A DNA stretch of 63,059 nt, filler included, from Collodictyon triciliatum (GCA_043381765.1; 9 parts of 9 records of this genome joined end to end with filler, not necessarily neighbours in it); one strand, 5' to 3'. Positions 29,411-43,568 are shown, counted from the whole stretch's first letter. Notes: generated from the sequence alone by a model not told the origin. A program made the numbers and translations.

Positions 29411-30314
29411 TCTCACTTTTGTTTTCACAAAAACCATAATACCATATGAGGCTCGGAATATATGCCTCCAGGCTTCGAATCTTGTTGGATGTCCCAATCT
29501 GATGACGCCTTCATAAATGTCGTACTTTTAGAATATGTCGATAAACTCGTAATCAGCGCATCGAACCAGGAGCCTATTCTCTTTATTGACACACAAAATC
29601 AACAAGCAAGTATATGGAGCCGCTGATTTTGCCTTTTCCTTTCATGGTCCAAATAAATTGAACCTTTTTTTTGTTAAGCTTTTGTATTATTTGGTTACCA
29701 GAGTCTGTCAGATTAAAACTCCCTTGGCTATCAAAAGTAACCGAGAGCGTGTGGTTTTATATTTTTTTTTCACCTGAAATCTTTATACCTCCGATAATTG
29801 TGAAAAGTTTCAAACAGTCAGCGCAAAGCTTCGTTTGATGGTCTTTATAGCATGCAAACGCAATGAGTCTGTTGTCAGACACAGCAATTACTTTCGGTCT
29901 GTGTAAGAAAAAAAAGGCATTTTATTTGCACATCAATACAGGTACATGTGTAGCTGGGGCTGTTGCGAACTGTATGAAAACCATCTGCAGGTCTTCATGT
30001 GTTCTATTAGTGTTCTCGTTCTGTGGATGAGCACATACGATTCATGGACACTAAACTTGAGCTTAAGTCTTGAAAAACCATAAATAGCTTTAAGATTTGC
30101 TGCGTTATAAGTAGAAAATGCAGAAATGGATAATATTATGTAGAGTGACCTCTGTGCTTTTTTTTGATTTATGTGAGACGATAGAGAATTTTTCGTAAGC
30201 TGCGTGTTATGTTTTGGAGTGAATTCAGTGACATTTAATTCAAACACAATGATTCGCTCGTATTGTCTTATTTTTTCCTTTATTTGATTCAAGGGAAGGA
30301 AGGGAGAAGTTAAT

Positions 30315-30525
30315 TTTTTTTTCAGTCTGACGTAGTTGTATGCGCCTTGGTTGGAAGCAGTGACGCGTGTCGGATTCCGGTGCAGGCCGGCCTGTATTAA
30401 AAACTCATTTTGTGGCTCATCAAAATGCATGTATGAAGGCCGAGGATAGTTACAACTCTAAAGGGCTGCAACCAACAGGGGCCTGACCTGGATTCGACTC
30501 TAGGTCAATTTACGCTGAAGGCGAA
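30315..30525 (-). repeat. Candidate tRNA-related SINE (family D), copy 1
   Basis: Reverse complement TGACCTAGAGTCGAATCCAGGTCAGG...GTTGCAGCCCTTTAGAGTTGTAA...GCATACAAC...GACTG-A(n) aligns with 32455-32675. Confidence 0.55.
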
Positions 30526-32454
30526 TGAACGCAAATTATATTACTTTGTGTTAAAGTGAATATAAGGGCAGATTTAGTATCTTATTGGATAATAAATCGT
30601 GCATTCGAGGTCAGCAGTACAGAGTAAGAGTTGAATATCGAAAAGGCATCTGCGCGATTGCTATGGCCATGTTATCATGAGAACACATCGCTGAGGGGTA
30701 AAATTATCATCACTTACTATTCATTTATGAGATATTACATATTTTGCATCGTTTTGATTAATTGTTCATATCCCAGACATAAATTAAAAGCCAACTGGCC
30801 AAGATAAGACTTTTGCGTACGAAGAAAGGGTGGACGAAAAGCCCCCAGCAAGGATTATGGACATATATGTGATTTTTTTATTTTTACTTGGCGTAATTTC
30901 TTGTAAATATCTGTGCAAATCTAAGCCTTTCAGATAAACAGAATGAGAACATAAAAAAGTGTGACAGAGGTCGAAATCAACGCATGCTTCAGCAAAAGTG
31001 TTTGTGGCATATGTGTCACTCAATAAAACAGTTTGCAGTTCCACCGGGTCGAAAACACATTTTTTGCTTTGGCTGTATCATGTCAGCCGTCAGCAATTCA
31101 AATGAAAGTCTGGCGTTTGGATGCCAAGTGTGTACAGAACTAATTCAAATGAATGAAAAAAGGCAGTGAGTATCATATATAATGCGATTGATTCGCGTTT
31201 ACTGGATATATAATCAGGTAAAGACACCTATGGTAAGGTCACAAAAAGGTTCATATGTTATCCGATGCAAGGAAAGAGCATTCAGAATCATGCCAAAAAA
31301 TAAGTGTCTCGTCTGCATTGAGAAAGGGCGATATCTTTACGGGGCATGGCAAAATGCATACCGAATTAAATGATGACAACCGTGCTTCTGTGTAAGTTTA
31401 TATATATTGATTATTCAAATTATGTTTTCCTAGCTTATGCATATTTAATGCACAATTAATGAATAAAATATTAATAATAACTATAATTTTATCGACTGTT
31501 TATCATTATATGTTGTTATTATATGTAATTTTATTATATGTTTTTTTTGCATTCCTGGTACTCAAATTTGGAGCTTTACCAAAAAAATAAGAGAAAACTA
31601 CGCAATCAAATGAGGGTTCATGTTGGACTGTTTTTTGACCATTTTTCCCTGAACCTGCATTAAAAAGTGCCCATTGTGAAGAAAGTGACTTTATACGCCA
31701 CAAAATAGGCAAATCATCTAATCAACAATTATATTGTGCCAATTTAATAATCTGCCTTAAAAATACAAGAGCTTTATTGTTCATAACGCCAGTCGGCGGG
31801 ATGCATAATTTTGTTGAGGTAAAATCAATCAGGTATGTATATCATAATTATTTTTTTACAAATAGGTTATGCGTGACTTTTTTTTACATATGAAAAATAT
31901 TTCATGAATAACAAACATTTAAATCCACACGAACTGCAAATAAACAACAAATGAGCCATACATTCAAAGAAAGATTAGGTAGGCAAGTACAATTATTTAA
32001 TGAAAGGCTAAAAATCTATAAGTAGACGTTTATTTTGTAAATGTCACCGACGTTCAATAGACGAATATCATTAAATTTGTAATTTATCATTTGCATGTCA
32101 TATATTTTTATGATTTGATATGCACATAATTGGTTTATATTAAATCATATAATTCAACATCTGGAATCCTTGAAGCACTGTGCCTTTGACCCACTCGAAA
32201 AGCCAAAAGACGAGCTAGTCTGTGACATGCACTTAACTTACATCACCGATGAAGCTCTATGCACGCTCATGAAATAGTCTGAAAAATAGCATTCATAGTT
32301 TCAAACGGGAACGTAATTCACTTGGTTAGGAAAATATATGTATTTATCTTTCACTCCAAAAAAAAAATGACACATCATTGAAATATCACCGCTACAGATT
32401 ATCTCCAGTGTGCTACGATATATCTTGAATCAATAAATATAACAATATGATGCC

Positions 32455-32675
32455 TTCGGGGGAAAGTTTGGCCTCGGATCGAATTCAGGTCAGGGGCCTT
32501 GGTAGTTGCAGCCGTTTACAGTTGTAATATTTCCCAACCCTCTCGGATGCATAGTGATGAACCAAGAATCCAGCTTCCGTACCAAGCTGACCTTGACCCG
32601 AATTTGATGCGTTCATTGCGTTCAAACAAGATGCATACAACAGCGGCGGACTGTAGAAAAATGCAAAAAAAAACT
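32455..32675 (+). repeat. Candidate tRNA-related SINE (family D), copy 2
   Basis: TGGCCTCGGATCGAATTCAGGTCAGG...GTTGCAGCCGTTTACAGTTGTAA...GCATACAAC...GACTG followed by an A-rich tail. Confidence 0.55.
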
Positions 32676-34189
32676 TACTTTGAATTGAACGAAGGATATA
32701 AAATTATTAAAAGTATTATTATTTGCAGTAAACTGTTCTGTGTTTCATGAGCGAAAGGCATGTATTTCATCCTATGCAAAAATATTGTAAGGTATGTTGA
32801 TTTTGTTTGCATATTTTGTGTTCCTGGAAGATTTTGCTATTTTTTATTATTAAATTATATGTAAGAAATCATAATTTACACAACATGTGTAGACAGTTTT
32901 TAACTCTTGCACGTGTGTCACTTGCTCTCAATATGATAATTTTATTATATATTTTGTAATGAAATATATGTCATTGTAATTTCTTCAAGATGCAGGCTTT
33001 GCGTGGCCTTTTAATATTTGCTACTTTCTTTGAGCTTGTAAGGCACCGGCAGTGTTGTTCAACAATTAAAGCAATATTAATTTTGTAAAATATTAAGTTG
33101 TTGTTATATCTATGTATTTAAAGAGTTTTAGCAAACGTGTTCATAAAGCTTCAGAGCGTGTAAGCACAGGATATTTATACCTGTTGTTGCGGTAGAGAAT
33201 GTTAAGTAATTTCGCATGACACTGTCCTTATTCTGTTCGTAAGGTCTCTATTTATACACATCACTGGCACATTTGTGAGGGATGCGACTCCACATGCAGC
33301 TCTTCCATATGTTCGCATACTTGTTAGCTACTGAAGAGAAAACAAACAAAAAAATATGTAAAATCATATTGCACAAATAATAAGAAAAAAAGTGAATAAT
33401 TTAAAACTGACTTAAACTTACTGGATTCGCATAAACACCAAGAGAAGTAAATCCGGTCAAGAAAAGTATTTATGGTGGTATCAAACACGAATAATTTAAA
33501 GAATAGTTTTATCAAAACAAATATTCGAATAAGAAAGGAATTGAAAGGAACAGTTTCAGATTCTTTGTTTTTAAGAAACAGAAATACACACTCAAGCAAG
33601 GTGGCAATATTGTGAAAATCAGTAATTGCTCTCTGCTCCCTTAGGAACAAAATTTTTTAGGGTATTACAGCGAAATATAGCAAGTTTTTTTCAATATATT
33701 CCATACAAATGTGCGAGCAAATCGATAAGCTTGTGGTGATGCGTTGAAGGTTTTTTTATAATTTGCCAAACATCTTTTATAATAGATAAAAAATTTCAAA
33801 GCCGATGTTTTGTATATATGAGTTATGTTGCTTTTAATTGATTCAAGGTAGCAGTTTTTTATTTTTCCTTGGTTTCATTTCAACTATTTACTGATAGAAA
33901 ACAAAGTCGAGGTGCTGCCTGCGCCTCTAGGACAAAAACGAGATACGGATGAGAAAGTGGAAAACTTGAACTTTATGTAGTTGTATTTTTTGTTTATAAA
34001 AAATAAAAGATAGATAGAAAGAGATGAATAAGAATGTAAGAAAAGATATACCGGTTGTTGAAATAGAAAGATAGCAAAGTGTTTTTACACACAGACTTTT
34101 CTTCCTGAAGTGGGTTAAATCAAACATGTTTTTAAGATTTTTTTGCACGGGCGCCAACATCTTATTCCGTCATGAATAAAAAAAAATCC

Positions 34190-34330
34190 AACACGGGTTC
34201 ATATTGTTTTCGAGACAGACAGAAGGGCGGATAAAATTGTCGGGTTGATAAAAGCACTCACAGATCAGTTACCTAAAAAACGATTTCAAGGAGTTTCATT
34301 ACCTGTGTATGTCAGACGGTTATTATATTC
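34190..34330 (-). repeat. Diverged fragment of repeat family C 3' region (copy 3)
   Basis: TTCGAGACAGACAGAAGGGCGGATAAAATTGTCGGGT matches 13588-13624. Confidence 0.6.
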
Positions 34331-35239
34331 TTCAACGCAAGTGTCATTTAAGTAAAGACTATGATATATAACAACAATAAGTGGTGCGGTTGAGCAAGGG
34401 ATTGAAAGGTAAAACAAAAACACAGGGATTTTTCTTTATATTTGGTTATGTTGTGGTTGGGACAATCTTACAATTATTCGCAATTATACCAGAAAAATAT
34501 TCTGGAAGTTTGAGAAGTAATTTGTTTATGGTTATTTTTCGTGTGCAAGGTATTTCAATTGCGATGATGTTTTGGTGGATTCCCATTTTTTTATTTGTTT
34601 TGTTTACAGTTGTTATTTGTTTGGATAACTATATCTAAAGTTTTATCATTCTATTTTTTATGTACACGCTTGTACTTTATGAGATGGGTTTCATATGCTT
34701 TTGATTTCTTCGATTTATTTGTAAGATTAGCGTCCCAAGAAATATCATATGACAGTAACACAGCTCTCTTGGGTTTTATGTCGGCTTGGTTTCTCTTCAG
34801 GGTCTAATAACTACCAACGTTCTTTTGCTGATATATATTAGTTTTCTGGTATCAAAATAATCGTATAGATTATGTGTATTATTATTTGATGCATCTAAAA
34901 AAATACATTACTATGTCAGGTCAAACAATCGAGGGTTACACAAATTTAAAAAGAGAGAAAATAACAATTTACAAAGTCAAGCCTTTACGCCGTGGTCTGN
35001 NNNNNNNNNNNNNNNNNNNNNNNNNNNNNNNNNNNNNNNNNNNTTAATTAATTAANNNNNNNNNNNNNNNNNNNNNNNNNNNNNNNNNNNNNNNNNNNNT
35101 TGTTTGTTTGTTTGTTTGTTTGTTTGTTTGTTTGTTTGTTTGTTTGTTTGTTTGTTTGTTTGTTTGTTTGTTTGTTTGTTTGTTTGTTTGTTTGTTTTAT
35201 TTTCATTTTTCTATTTATTTATTTATCTATCCTGTTTAG

Positions 35240-38200
35240 AAACAATTCGAGTTGCTGGAACCAAGTTGTGATAGTGCGTTCGGTCCGGGCTTCTTGATGA
35301 TCAAGATGGAAAAAGACGAACGGAAGCCCGAAAATGAAGAAGGTAGCTATGGTCCTTAACAAGAGGCTAAAAGCACACCCAATTCATACTAAGGCTGCCT
35401 CCTTTGCGTGTTTATCTTTGAGAAAAGAGTCCTTAGTCTAAAATGAGTTTCTTGTGTGTAGTAGACAAGCATATTCGCCTTTTGGATGAGATATTGTGCG
35501 TTTCGCTTCCACCTCTCATGTCACCTGTTTGCGCAATAACGGAGGAAACATCACATGAAAACACATCAGGCACCTTTGAAAAAAACATGTGACTCGATTT
35601 TTTAAAATTAGTATCAATATAATGAATATATGCGCATCTCTGTCCTTCATAAGAAAAGAAAGAGGAAAATAAAAAAAGAAGATAATTACACAATCTGCGT
35701 ATATAAATACTTTAAATTTATTTATTTGATTCGACCGCCTCTTGGTCATCTTTTCAACATTTGGCAACCGAGCTCATCCAAAAAAATCAACCATTCTCAT
35801 ATTCACAATAACAGGTACTTTTTTTCCACGGACGACTACAACCGTTATGGGTATGCATCGAAAATATGGCGCAATATCGTCCAGGAATACGGCCCAGGCT
35901 TGAAAAATGAATCTCAAAGAGAATCTCTTTCATTAAGTCGGCTTCCTAAACCCTGCTCTGGAGATTTACCTTCACCAACAGACCATGCCGAAATGCCACC
36001 TTTCAAAATACAAGAGTCCGGTGTTTTTGACAAAAAGATAGAGCAAACAACTCTCACTCCCCCAAATCCTGTATTAAATTCCACCATAGAGCAAGGTGAT
36101 CCCACAAATGATTTTGGTATAGAGTCTACATCTGTAAAGGATTCCGATAGATTGCATATGGAGACACCCTCATGGCAACCTGGCCCTCCTTTGTCAATCA
36201 TAGCATCTAATGCCTGCGATTTTGCTATTGCATCTAGCCCCACAAACAGAATTCAGGCCGAAGACAATGTCTCGGTTTCCGATGCGAATGACGATTCAGG
36301 GTCGACCACTTCTGGAGATTCGAACATCTCTTTTGAGATAAAATCAGATGAATCATCTGGAGACGAAGCAATTAGAGCTCGAGATGTACAACCCTTAGCT
36401 GAAGAAGAGCCTTCCAGAACAAGTCACCAAGAACTAAAAGACCCTCACAAACACCCAAGGGCGGCAGATAAGGACATACTAGTCTCTGGTTACATAGACC
36501 TTAATAAGTCGTCTAAATCAGTTGCCATTTTGCTTGACGAGTCGGATGGAATAATAGCTGCTAACGAAAAGGAATCCTCCTCTCATACATCAAAAAGGGA
36601 TACTGCACAGACAAGAAATAACCAGAATCTTACAGTTCCACTCAGTCAAGAAGCACAAAGGACAGAAAAGCAAAATGCAGTTGAAATCCAAAGTGAAACA
36701 CCCACCCAAAAGGCGTTACCAAAAGTCGCAGCATCTGACTTATCTGATGGACCCACAAGAAAAAAGGCCAAGGTCGATCACGAATCTAATCCAATATCAC
36801 CAGCCGGGCCATCACAACGGGGCATTAAGCGCATCGCGACTGAAACAGACTCTGTTGGGGCTGAGTGCATATTTTCAAGCCTATCGAAGGATGAACACAA
36901 GGAATTTCTTGTGCTATCCGAACTTATCCATAATGATCATAAGGGGGCATCTGAAACGGTTTGCTTTATCTAATTTTACTTTATTTTACTTTCTCTATTT
37001 GATTTATTTTCTTTATAACTTTACTTTGCTTATCTTTGTTTATTTTATTTGTTTATTTTACATCACCGGTGCAATTGATACGACCATTCATGACCTTGAT
37101 ATTACAACTAAAAAGCTGTAATATTCTTGTGTAGCCGAATCGACTTGTTCCTGCACAACTGTCTCGTTTCACACAATTACTCCAAGTAGTCCGCTCAGAA
37201 CAAGAAAAATATAGGGAGCACACAAAAACTGTCATGATTAAAAAGACAGATATCTATTTATTTTCCAATCAACAAGTGATGGAGCACGTCAAGGTAAAGC
37301 ATCAATTTCTTGATATAATTATACGAAACATTCAAAGTATATAGTTTGTGGAATCAATACGTAGTTACTAATCTCTCATAGGAATATATCAAAGAGAGGA
37401 AACAAAAGTCAATTGATTGGTATCCAAAAAAATACGTGGAGCATACTATCATTAGCTTACTTGGAATCCAACCTTCCGCGGGCGACCCTGTTTTGCGATT
37501 TTCAAATGCTGTAAAATATATGGTATGCAAACATATTACACAAATTGCTTTATGGATCAATATCATTTTGATTTTTGAATCGAATACTGGAAAAAAATAT
37601 CGTTTTGATTAATTTTGAATATGAACTTTCGAACTCTGTCACGAATTGAAGACCTGAGACGTAATTTAATAGAGTAATAATGTTAATTTTATAATCGTCT
37701 CTGCAATAAATTAACATTTATAATAACTGAAATCTTGTTAATATGAAAACTCAAGGGCAAATGTTTATGGATAGAGCCACCCCAAGCCATGAGTTGTATT
37801 CCTGTGGACATTCCAATCCTAGAAACAGAACATGGTGATCGTCATTGGAAAAAGAAGGTTTGTCTTCCGCCTAGTTCTTAGTTTGATCTCTCGGAAAAAG
37901 AAAAGAAAATACTTTCCTTCCTATATATGTCACTTAAAAAGATGGATATTCGCACTATATACTTGAAGAAAAAACCCATAATTTTTTCCGCCCTTAACAA
38001 TAGTGTAAACAATTTCCACCATCAATTCAATAGATTCAACCCCCAGTTTCTTTGGATCCTAACTGCCACGAAATAGTGCGAACAATGGATCCAGATATTG
38101 TCATCTCATCCAGTGCGCTGCGTGCGTTGATAGATCTGCATCCCCCGTTTTTCCCAAGGCAGTTTAATATTCCTGTAAAAATAGAAAATATAATCAACCC

Positions 38201-40041
38201 TGGTTTGTATTGCATTCTTAATCCAAATTATCCCCTATTAAAGACCTTTAAGCAAATGCTCGAAGCAATTCTTCAAACTACTTTTTCTTGTTTTTTTATC
38301 TTGCTGAATAGGAATAATATTTTATTACCTCGAAAATCTAATGTTTCTTTTACAATACATAGAGAAAGAAGTATCTAGAAAAGTAGTGTACATCGACAAA
38401 GTGTTGCTCCCTCAAAAACTAACGATGAGGGATAAGAATCAAATATACTACAAGCTTGCATTCGAGTCATTATCTCTCAAAGGAGTTTGCAGACAATACG
38501 GACAAATGCCAACCGAGCATATTGCTCAAGAAAAAAGGCATGGATCCACTTTGGATACGGAAACAAAAACGGAAAAAGATAGTAATTTCTACGCCAGAAA
38601 TGTTCCAAACGTAAACATAGAGCAAGACAACTTATTATACAACGTATGGATGTTTGGTGACATCAAGGTGCTCATCAGATGCAAAGTTCATGGTGGAATC
38701 CGAGACCCAAACACTGCAAAGGTATTTCCACAATTGATATGATAGGACATTATTTGCTTCCTCCTTCTTTTCGTCTTTTCTTCTTTTCTTCCTCATTTAT
38801 CGACAAATAAGGCATTATATCTTATTATTGCTTTCTTTGAAGTCACCTGTTTGAAATCATAGGGAATTCGATACGTGGGAATACAAACGAAACTAGAGTA
38901 TCTTAAAAACTATGGATGGGAAGAGGATACAGTGAGCGAGCTGGCCCGTTGGTGGATATACTCTTTTATTCGGCCAGATGCCCACCTATACATAGGTCAT
39001 TACCAAATATGCGTTAATCTGCCGATTTATTTTTATGCTGGGAAGCGCACACAAATATAACCAACCATTTTTTGAAATTTTAATTCAATCTTGCCCCCAT
39101 TTGAGTAACTATAAATAAATAGGCCGTATTGATCCAGCATCATCAACACTACTTTCTGTCGAGAGGAGAGGAATGACAGACATAATATACCAACAAGGAC
39201 CATTTCAGTAATTCTTTTTTCTATTATTCTATTTGAATCTATTTTATTTTGTGTAAGGCCGTTTTTGGAAGGAAAATTATATTTACACCCACCATTATGG
39301 CGACGCTTCTTGGCACACTTGCAAGTATTAATTGAAGTATTTGTTAACCCTCAAAATAGACCGCCTCAATTCATGAAGCAGATTTTGGTCATATTCCAAA
39401 AGCTACGAGAGCTTCCAACAGGCTCATATGTCTTACAACACGAGGGAAATGCCGATTGCCTAAAAATAATTAAAAGTGTTGATGACGAACCCATCACACC
39501 GGAGGATAGAAAACCAATAATCGATCTTCATCAAACCATACAATCAAGCGGCGTTACAGACCGGGTGAATATGCCTTACATTCCTGTCAAGTGGGTACCA
39601 ACGAGCGACCAAATTCCGTACACGTTTCCACACGCCCCATCAGCAACTGCCGAAAATATTTGCTACATATTTGCGATGCACGGAAATTGCTCGAAAGGAA
39701 AATTGGTATGTTTACATATTAAATTGAATACACATGCCCGAGAATACGCGAGTGAGAACATCTGGCGATAACAGGCAATCTGTTTTATAGAAAAAAATGA
39801 ATCAGATTTAATCCGTCTTCTTTATATGTATAATTACCTTTCAAAGCCATTCCTTTTCTTTTTATAGTGTAAATATGTGCACGAGAAACTCCCCAGGCAC
39901 CTATGGGAGTCGTATGGAATACTACCGCACAAATCCATGAATACAAATTGGAAAAAGACAAAAAAGGCTCAAAAGAAGAAGAAAAAGAAACAAGTCGCTG
40001 CGCCTGCAGCCAATCTAGCCCAGAAAAAAACCACCCAATAA
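35240..40041 (+). CDS. Little elongation complex subunit ICE2/NARG2-like protein with a C-terminal CCCH zinc finger, multi-exon, probably 5' partial
   Basis: NARG2_C-like motifs DIVISSSALRALID, VYIDKVL, YNVWMFGDIKVLIRC, TKLEYLKNYGWEEDTVSELARWWIYSFIRP, IG|RID and LPTGSYVLQH. CCCH finger ICYIFAMHGNCSKGKL|CKYVH. TAA at 40039-40041. Confidence 0.75.
37559..37610 (+). mobile_element. Tail-only (22 bp) insertion of LINE family A with a 15-bp TSD (1 mismatch), in an ICE2-like intron
   Basis: AATATCATTTTGATT and AATATCGTTTTGATT flank TTTGAATCGAATACTGGAAAAA. Confidence 0.75.
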
Positions 40042-40165
40042 TTCACGCAGTTTTTAAAATAATGATATTTAACCTCGCATTAAACAAACTTCCCTCAGAC
40101 ACCCAAAGTCCGTAAAATGGCCTCTACAAATCATGTATAGTCAAATTTTGTTTTCTCTCAAAGTT

Positions 40166-40549
40166 CTACAACGAGGATTCACACATTTCTGCTATATAAA
40201 GGATGCATATTTTCAGGATAAAAAAAAAAAAAAGAAAAGGGAAGTATGTGATCACCGTATGAATATATCCAACCCCCCACCAGGAATGTACTAGAGTGAG
40301 CAGCGTAAGCGAGTGAGTAAGGCATGAACAACGAGTAGAGAGGTGTATTTTCCTCCTTTTTTTTCTTTCAGAAATACTCTTGCCTCTGCGTCTCGGTATC
40401 AAAGGAGGCAGAATATTATATAGTAGCCCTTCATAGGTGTCAAATAAATACTGCAATAAATCGATTTCTTTTTTTCCATATATCTTGGCTGGCACAATTT
40501 TGCCGACGATGTTGGGTCTGGCAGGTTGTAGCTTACAAAGTATGACCTG

Positions 40550-40602
<53 letters not shown>

Positions 40603-41901
40603 AGAGCCTATTTATGTCTCCATGGGTCTTAAAGGGAGGCTTTGAAGGGTGAGTTTATTGAGATAGTCTTTTCTGGTTGTTTTGGTCGGTTCAAATTGTA
40701 TCTTTCGGGTTTGATGGCATTAAAGTATGCATGGAGGGTAAAAAAATAATAGTATTTTTTTTTTTTTTTTTTGCTACGTATACTTTAAACGAGAAATAAG
40801 GAAAAAACGAAAGAATGGTGATGAGTTAAAAGACACATAAACAAGTTCGACCACCTCATTTAGGATTTGACGGTGACATCACCATAGTGGCTTTCCTTGA
40901 TATTTCACGTAGATTTGCCATGTGTGATAGACGCCCTATTAGAAGTGCCTCTTCGTTTTGCGGCTGTTGCCAGCGTGATGCCACATCTACCGGAAGCTCG
41001 CGCGCTCGGTTCGTACAAGAGCAGTTTGCGCCACTTTTGAGGAGAATGGTTAAAATATTATAGTTTTCGTCAGATGAAGCAGCAACGTGAAGCGGCGAAT
41101 CCCCAGTTATACCATCCATTTGGTTGATATTAGCTCCATTGAGGAAAAGTGCGTAGAAGCAGTCAAAAGATTTTGATTTGATTGCGGAGTGTAAAAAGGG
41201 CGTGTCTCCGACATTATGGTCTATATTAACACCAGATGCAAGTGCTTTGAATATGCGATCTATGTTGCCTTCCTCACAGGCAGATTTCATATACTAGTAT
41301 CGCATGTATGTTGATTTGAGCTGAGGAGGTTTCCAAAGACACATAACGAAACAACTTGAATATGAGTAAAAGATCAGATTCATGACTTACAGCTGCAGGA
41401 TTTTCGCACTTAGATACGAAAGCCTTGTTTGCATACTTTTCTTTAATATATACTTCTCTTCCCATGCTTTTACATATCATACCAGGAAATGAAGGTAATT
41501 TTAATATGTGTTGATGAAATTAAGGAGGAAAATGCTTCTATAAATTTATCGATGATGCTATTTATAAGAATTATAAGTAAAAACGCATATGAAACACACC
41601 TGGCAAAAGCATCTTCAGGCGATAGCTCAGCCCAAATCTTGTTTGATTTTTCATTACCGATTTTCTTTAAGAACTAATCGCCAAAAAAGAATTAGTGGAT
41701 ATATTATTGATACGCTGTTTATGCTATCTTCTAAAAAGAAAGACAAAGTTGCCTCAATTGTAAAATCATCCATCTTATCCAGTTTCAGAGACCGAACCTT
41801 TTTTTTTTTTTTTTTTGAAATCATTCAAAAAAAAAGGAAAAATTAGCTATCAATAAAATCATCATACTTTGTTGTCAAAAGTATGTATTCATAAAATTGA
41901 T
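40166..41901 (-). CDS. ArfGAP-domain plus ankyrin-repeat protein (ACAP/ASAP/AGAP-like), 5' partial
   Basis: K|VRSLKLD, FLKKIGNEKSNKIW and REVYIKEKYANKAF form the ArfGAP C-terminal half, followed by ankyrin repeats GDTPFLHSA, GANINQMDGITGDSPLHVAA and LLKSGA. Confidence 0.8.
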
Positions 41902-41914
41902 CTAAGATGGTCAC

Positions 41915-42015
<101 letters not shown>

Positions 42016-42115
42016 NNNNNNNNNNNNNNNNNNNNNNNNNNNNNNNNNNNNNNNNNNNNTTAATTAATTAANNNNNNNNNNNNNNNNNNNNNNNNNNNNN
42101 NNNNNNNNNNNNNNN

Positions 42116-42837
42116 GCGTTTCTCCTCCTAGACCAAGAGAAAGCCTACGACCGAGTGGAGCACGAAGTAATGATTAAGGTACTCAAAGCGAGAGGAGCTC
42201 CGGATAACATCATCAACCTTATCCAAAAATCATACGAGGACGCCCCACTTCGAGTTATTGTCAACCACGGTTTCACCAAACCTTTAGTTAGGACTCGAGG
42301 TGTGTTCCAAGGGTGTCCGTGTGCCCCAATAATATACAACTTCATAGCTGATATACTGGCGAAGGCAGTTAAAACAACAACCAGAGGAATGCATCTCAAT
42401 CCCACAACGCACATCCAAATAGCTCAATACGCAGACGACACTATGATTTTCCTGGAAGACCAAGAGGACGCACAAAGAGCGATTGAAGCAGTGTCACGTT
42501 TCAACAAAGCTACCGGAAGTCGAACAAACTTTGCCAAATCCAAAGGTGTTGTCTTCTCGAAGGACAATATAGATGCCTTCCCACCTATGGTTCCATGGCA
42601 ACCATCAAACGAACCCATTAAGTACCTTGGCATCCACTTTTGTACTGACCCTCACAAAATAAAGGTCAACTGGGACAATCTCAGTCTAAGCGTTGTCAGG
42701 ACTATCAATGTCTGGAAAAAACATGGCCTGTCAGCAGCTGGAAAAAAAGTTGTCTGGAACACCTTTATTCTTCCCAAGGCTTTGTATTCAGTGACTGGGG
42801 CGGAAGTCCCTGAAGGATGGATTCAAAGCATAGACCT
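42116..42837 (+). mobile_element. L1/Tx1-clade non-LTR retrotransposon ORF2, reverse transcriptase fragment (open frame, bounded by gaps)
   Basis: LLLDQEKAYDRVEH, RGVFQGCPCAP, QYADDT, TGSRTNFAKS, IKYLGI, LSAAGK. Confidence 0.95.
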
Positions 42838-43469
42838 NNNNNNNNNNNNNNNNNNNNNNNNNNNNNNNNNNNNNNNNNNNNNNNNNNNNNNNNNNNNNNN
42901 NNNNNNNNNNNNNNNNNNNNNNNNNNNNNNNNNNNNNNNNNNNNNNNNNNNNNNNNNNNNNNNNNNNNNNNNNNNNNNNNNNNNNNNNNNNNNNNNNNNN
43001 NNNNNNNNNNNNNNNNNNNNNNNNNNNNNNNNNNNNNNNNNNNNNNNNNNNNNNNNNNNNNNNNNNNNNNNNNNNNNNNNNNNNNNNNNNNNNNNNNNNN
43101 NNNNNNNNNNNNNNNNNNNNNNNNNNNNNNNNNNNNNNNNNNNNNNNNNNNNNNNNNNNNNNNNNNNNNNNNNNNNNNNNNNNNNNNNNNNNNNNNNNNN
43201 NNNNNNNNNNNNNNNNNNNNNNNNNNNNNNNNNNNNNNNNNNNNNNNNNNNNNNNNNNNNNNNNNNNNNNNNNNNNNNNNNNNNNNNNNNNNNNNNNNNN
43301 NNNNNNNNNNNNNNNNNNNNNNNNNNNNNNNNNNNNNNNNNNNNNNNNNNNNNNNNNNNNNNNNNNNNNNNNNNNNNNNNNNNNNNNNNNNNNNNNNNNN
43401 NNNNNNNNNNNNNNNNNNNNNNNNNNNNNNNNNNNNNNNNNNNNNNNNNNNNNNNNNNNNNNNNNNNNN

Positions 43470-43568
43470 GTTTACATGAACGCTACTTGTTGGCCGGGTG
43501 GCGGAGAAGTAGTCGGTAATCAGGAATTGCATCCTGCGGTTTGGCCTGAAGCCTGGGTCTTATGTGCC
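43470..43568 (-). mobile_element. LINE family B 3' fragment (copy 2)
   Basis: Encodes RMQFLITDYFSATRPTSSVHVN; nearly identical to 17305-17400. Confidence 0.8.

Noticed and set aside
29430-34999. Gene-poor AT-rich contig with short ORFs and possible tiny exons near 33000
   Set aside because: No family motif or coherent gene model could be built.
42838-43469. Long ORFs of 220-454 aa
   Set aside because: They run through an N gap; only 42116-42837 is real coding sequence.
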